Positions 62,120-64,000 of a DNA stretch of 64,000 nt are shown piece by piece; the stretch's first letter is position 1; each line of letters begins with the position of its first letter. The translations under genes were made by a program, and so were the position numbers. Below the pieces are notes generated by a model. It worked only from the letters and a program-made list of their open reading frames with translations, did not search any database and was not told the origin of the DNA. This stretch comes from Octopus sinensis (Eukaryota). The stretch is from positions 112,716,001 to 112,780,000 of the forward strand of contig NC_042997.1 of the NCBI RefSeq assembly GCF_006345805.1. Reading direction: 5' to 3'.

Positions 62120-62648
62120 TGCCCTGATGCAATACCTTTTGATGCCAACCTCCATGAGACTATCCCTGGTTCTATGCAACATAGTTTCTGTTTTAAATTG
62201 ATCTAAATTAAAAACTTTCCATCAACATTTCATGCTAAATTATGTTGCAAACACCAGCTTAATAATGATAAACTCATTTTAATTAAATCTTTCATTACCT
62301 TCAGAATTAATTAAAACAAAGGCAGTGTATTTCAACAGGAATCTGGTCACAAAAATATTGAAGTAATCTAAAAATTCTCATTAAAATGTCATGTTAATTT
62401 ATGTTCCAAACATTACTTTAATAACAACCAGCTTAATTATTTTACTAAATTTCTCATTATTTTCAAAATTAATTCTAAGTCCGTTAGTGTATTTTAACTG
62501 AAATACAATAACGAATCTAAGTCATCTAACAGCAAACATATTTGGTAACAATCTCGTTAGATGTTTTTTTGCTCGTTATTTTGTTGGTTGTTTTCCTTCT
62601 TCTAGAAGACATGGTGTCGCAATGATATAAAAGAAGTACTGAACTTAC

Positions 62649-62723
62649 CTGAATTTACAATTCGATTGTCAGAAAAATGCCGAGTGAGGAATAAGGCAAA
62701 TTTGTGACTCAGGTCAAAATTAT
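62649..62723 (-). CDS. RNF123: RNF123-like exon, first one visible in the window (NFDLSHKFALFLTRHFSDNRIVNS)
   Basis: ttttgtag acceptor and gtaagt donor; resembles LAKHFADARIVGTD. The 12 exons total 1319 nt in one open frame; the 5' part of the gene lies beyond the window. Confidence 0.88.
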
Positions 62724-62959
62724 CTACAAAAGAAGTAAATAAAATAAATAAAAATTAAGAAAATATGTGATAACATTATCCCGCCTCTTACTAATCCTTA
62801 CTTGTTTCCAAACAGGGTAATATTTCCCCCAATGACTGGACGTGTTTGTGTGTATGTATATATACACATACACACAACTGGCACCCTTACTCCACTCATT
62901 CCTACCCACCTCATACCTTGACGGTCCACTCTGATATCTAATCACCATTTACATCACTT

Positions 62960-64000
62960 TTCAGCTTTAAACCCAGGCCATATATATCTCATGGCTGTGA
63001 TGGTCACACTCTTGATAAATGTGGGAAAAACTTTAGTTTGTTAGGCCTCAAAATCCTGTCACTACTAATCTGTCAAAAGTTGATTTTTTAGATGTTTCCC
63101 TAGATTTTTAAACTCCCGCTCTAATAAACCGATCATAAGCCAAATGAGAAATTCTTTTACATACACAAACAGTTCTGTCACCCTCTAATAGTTTTTAAAA
63201 ACCTGTTAGCTAACATTAGTAATAGGATATCCAATCTTTCTTCTAAGGAGATTTTTGATAATTCAGTCCCCTACTATAACAATGTCATAGCTAACAGTGA
63301 CTTCAAAGATAAGATGTGTTACAATCCTTCTAGTAAAAATATAAATCATAAAAATAAATCTAAAAATAGACCTAGGAAAATAATTTGGCTGCCCCACCCC
63401 TCCCTATATGCTAAAACTAATGAATGTAAGCAAAAACAAAATCCCATCTCTTCTAGATAACTATTTCCCAGAAAATAACAAATAAAGGAAGACCTTTAAC
63501 AGACAATTAAATTATATAGCAGCTGCCCCAGTATGAAGGACATCATCACCCATAAACATCAGCAAAAAAGATCACACCCAGTTGTAAATGTCAAGACCCG
63601 GGAGCCTACCCATGGGACCAGGCATGCATGATAAACTCCATTGTATATGAGGCAGAAGTTAGAGCAACGCTACATGATGACCTAACCAAAAAAGAACCAC
63701 ATCGGGTTATGAAAGGCCACTTCAAAGACACTATGCAAATCACCTATCTTCTTTGTGGCACAAGAACAAAAGTAAAGCCAGTACGTTGCCTAGCCACATA
63801 TGGGGCTTGAAGATCAACTCCATGCCACATACAATCAAGTGGAAAATCATAGAAAAATCCATACCATATGCTAATGGATCTAAGAAATAAAACTTATGTG
63901 CAGCTGAAAGATAGCATATACTTTTCAGATTTAAGAATTCCATCACACTGCGGAATTCCAGATCAGAAATTTTCAGCAAATGCTAACATACGGACAAATT
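62960..64000 (+). mobile_element. Decayed Penelope-like element (RT C-terminus, linker, GIY-YIG endonuclease)
   Basis: Frameshifted motifs in order: GLKI, VDFLDVSL, KPN..YIHK..HP, RKIIW.P.P, LDNYFP, FNR..KL.YSC.P.MKDII, C.C, SIVYEAEV, WKIIEKS.PY and NLC..EK. Continues past the window end. Confidence 0.75.

Overview
AT-rich, repeat-dense eukaryotic genomic DNA. The SINE, RTE and microsatellite content suggests an octopus or other coleoid cephalopod, which is an inference I could not confirm. Two intron-containing genes face each other. On the + strand is a complete 5-exon, 289-aa PEX26-like peroxin (CDS 2705-17670). On the - strand are the last 12 coding exons of an RNF123/KPC1-like E3 ligase (62723 down to 37312), which join into one open frame ending in a C3HC4 RING. 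Introns and intergenic DNA hold tRNA-derived SINEs, RTE LINE fragments, R4/Dong-like RLE retrotransposons sitting in (TAA)n, Tc1/mariner, hAT, piggyBac-type and Helitron elements, and a decayed Penelope-like element. The most unusual signal is a family of ~370-510 bp head-to-head palindromic elements (5 TSD-flanked copies plus 1 stub). In the family consensus each arm has a tRNA-like Pol III head followed by a minimal type I hammerhead ribozyme motif, and one arm is always 29-38 nt shorter. Also notable are a 5S rRNA and a tRNA-Gln pseudogene that carry the same SINE-type 3' tail, and a tRNA-Met-like gene enclosed by 18-bp inverted repeats. All family assignments come from motif recall and by-eye alignment; repeat boundaries are approximate unless a TSD is given.
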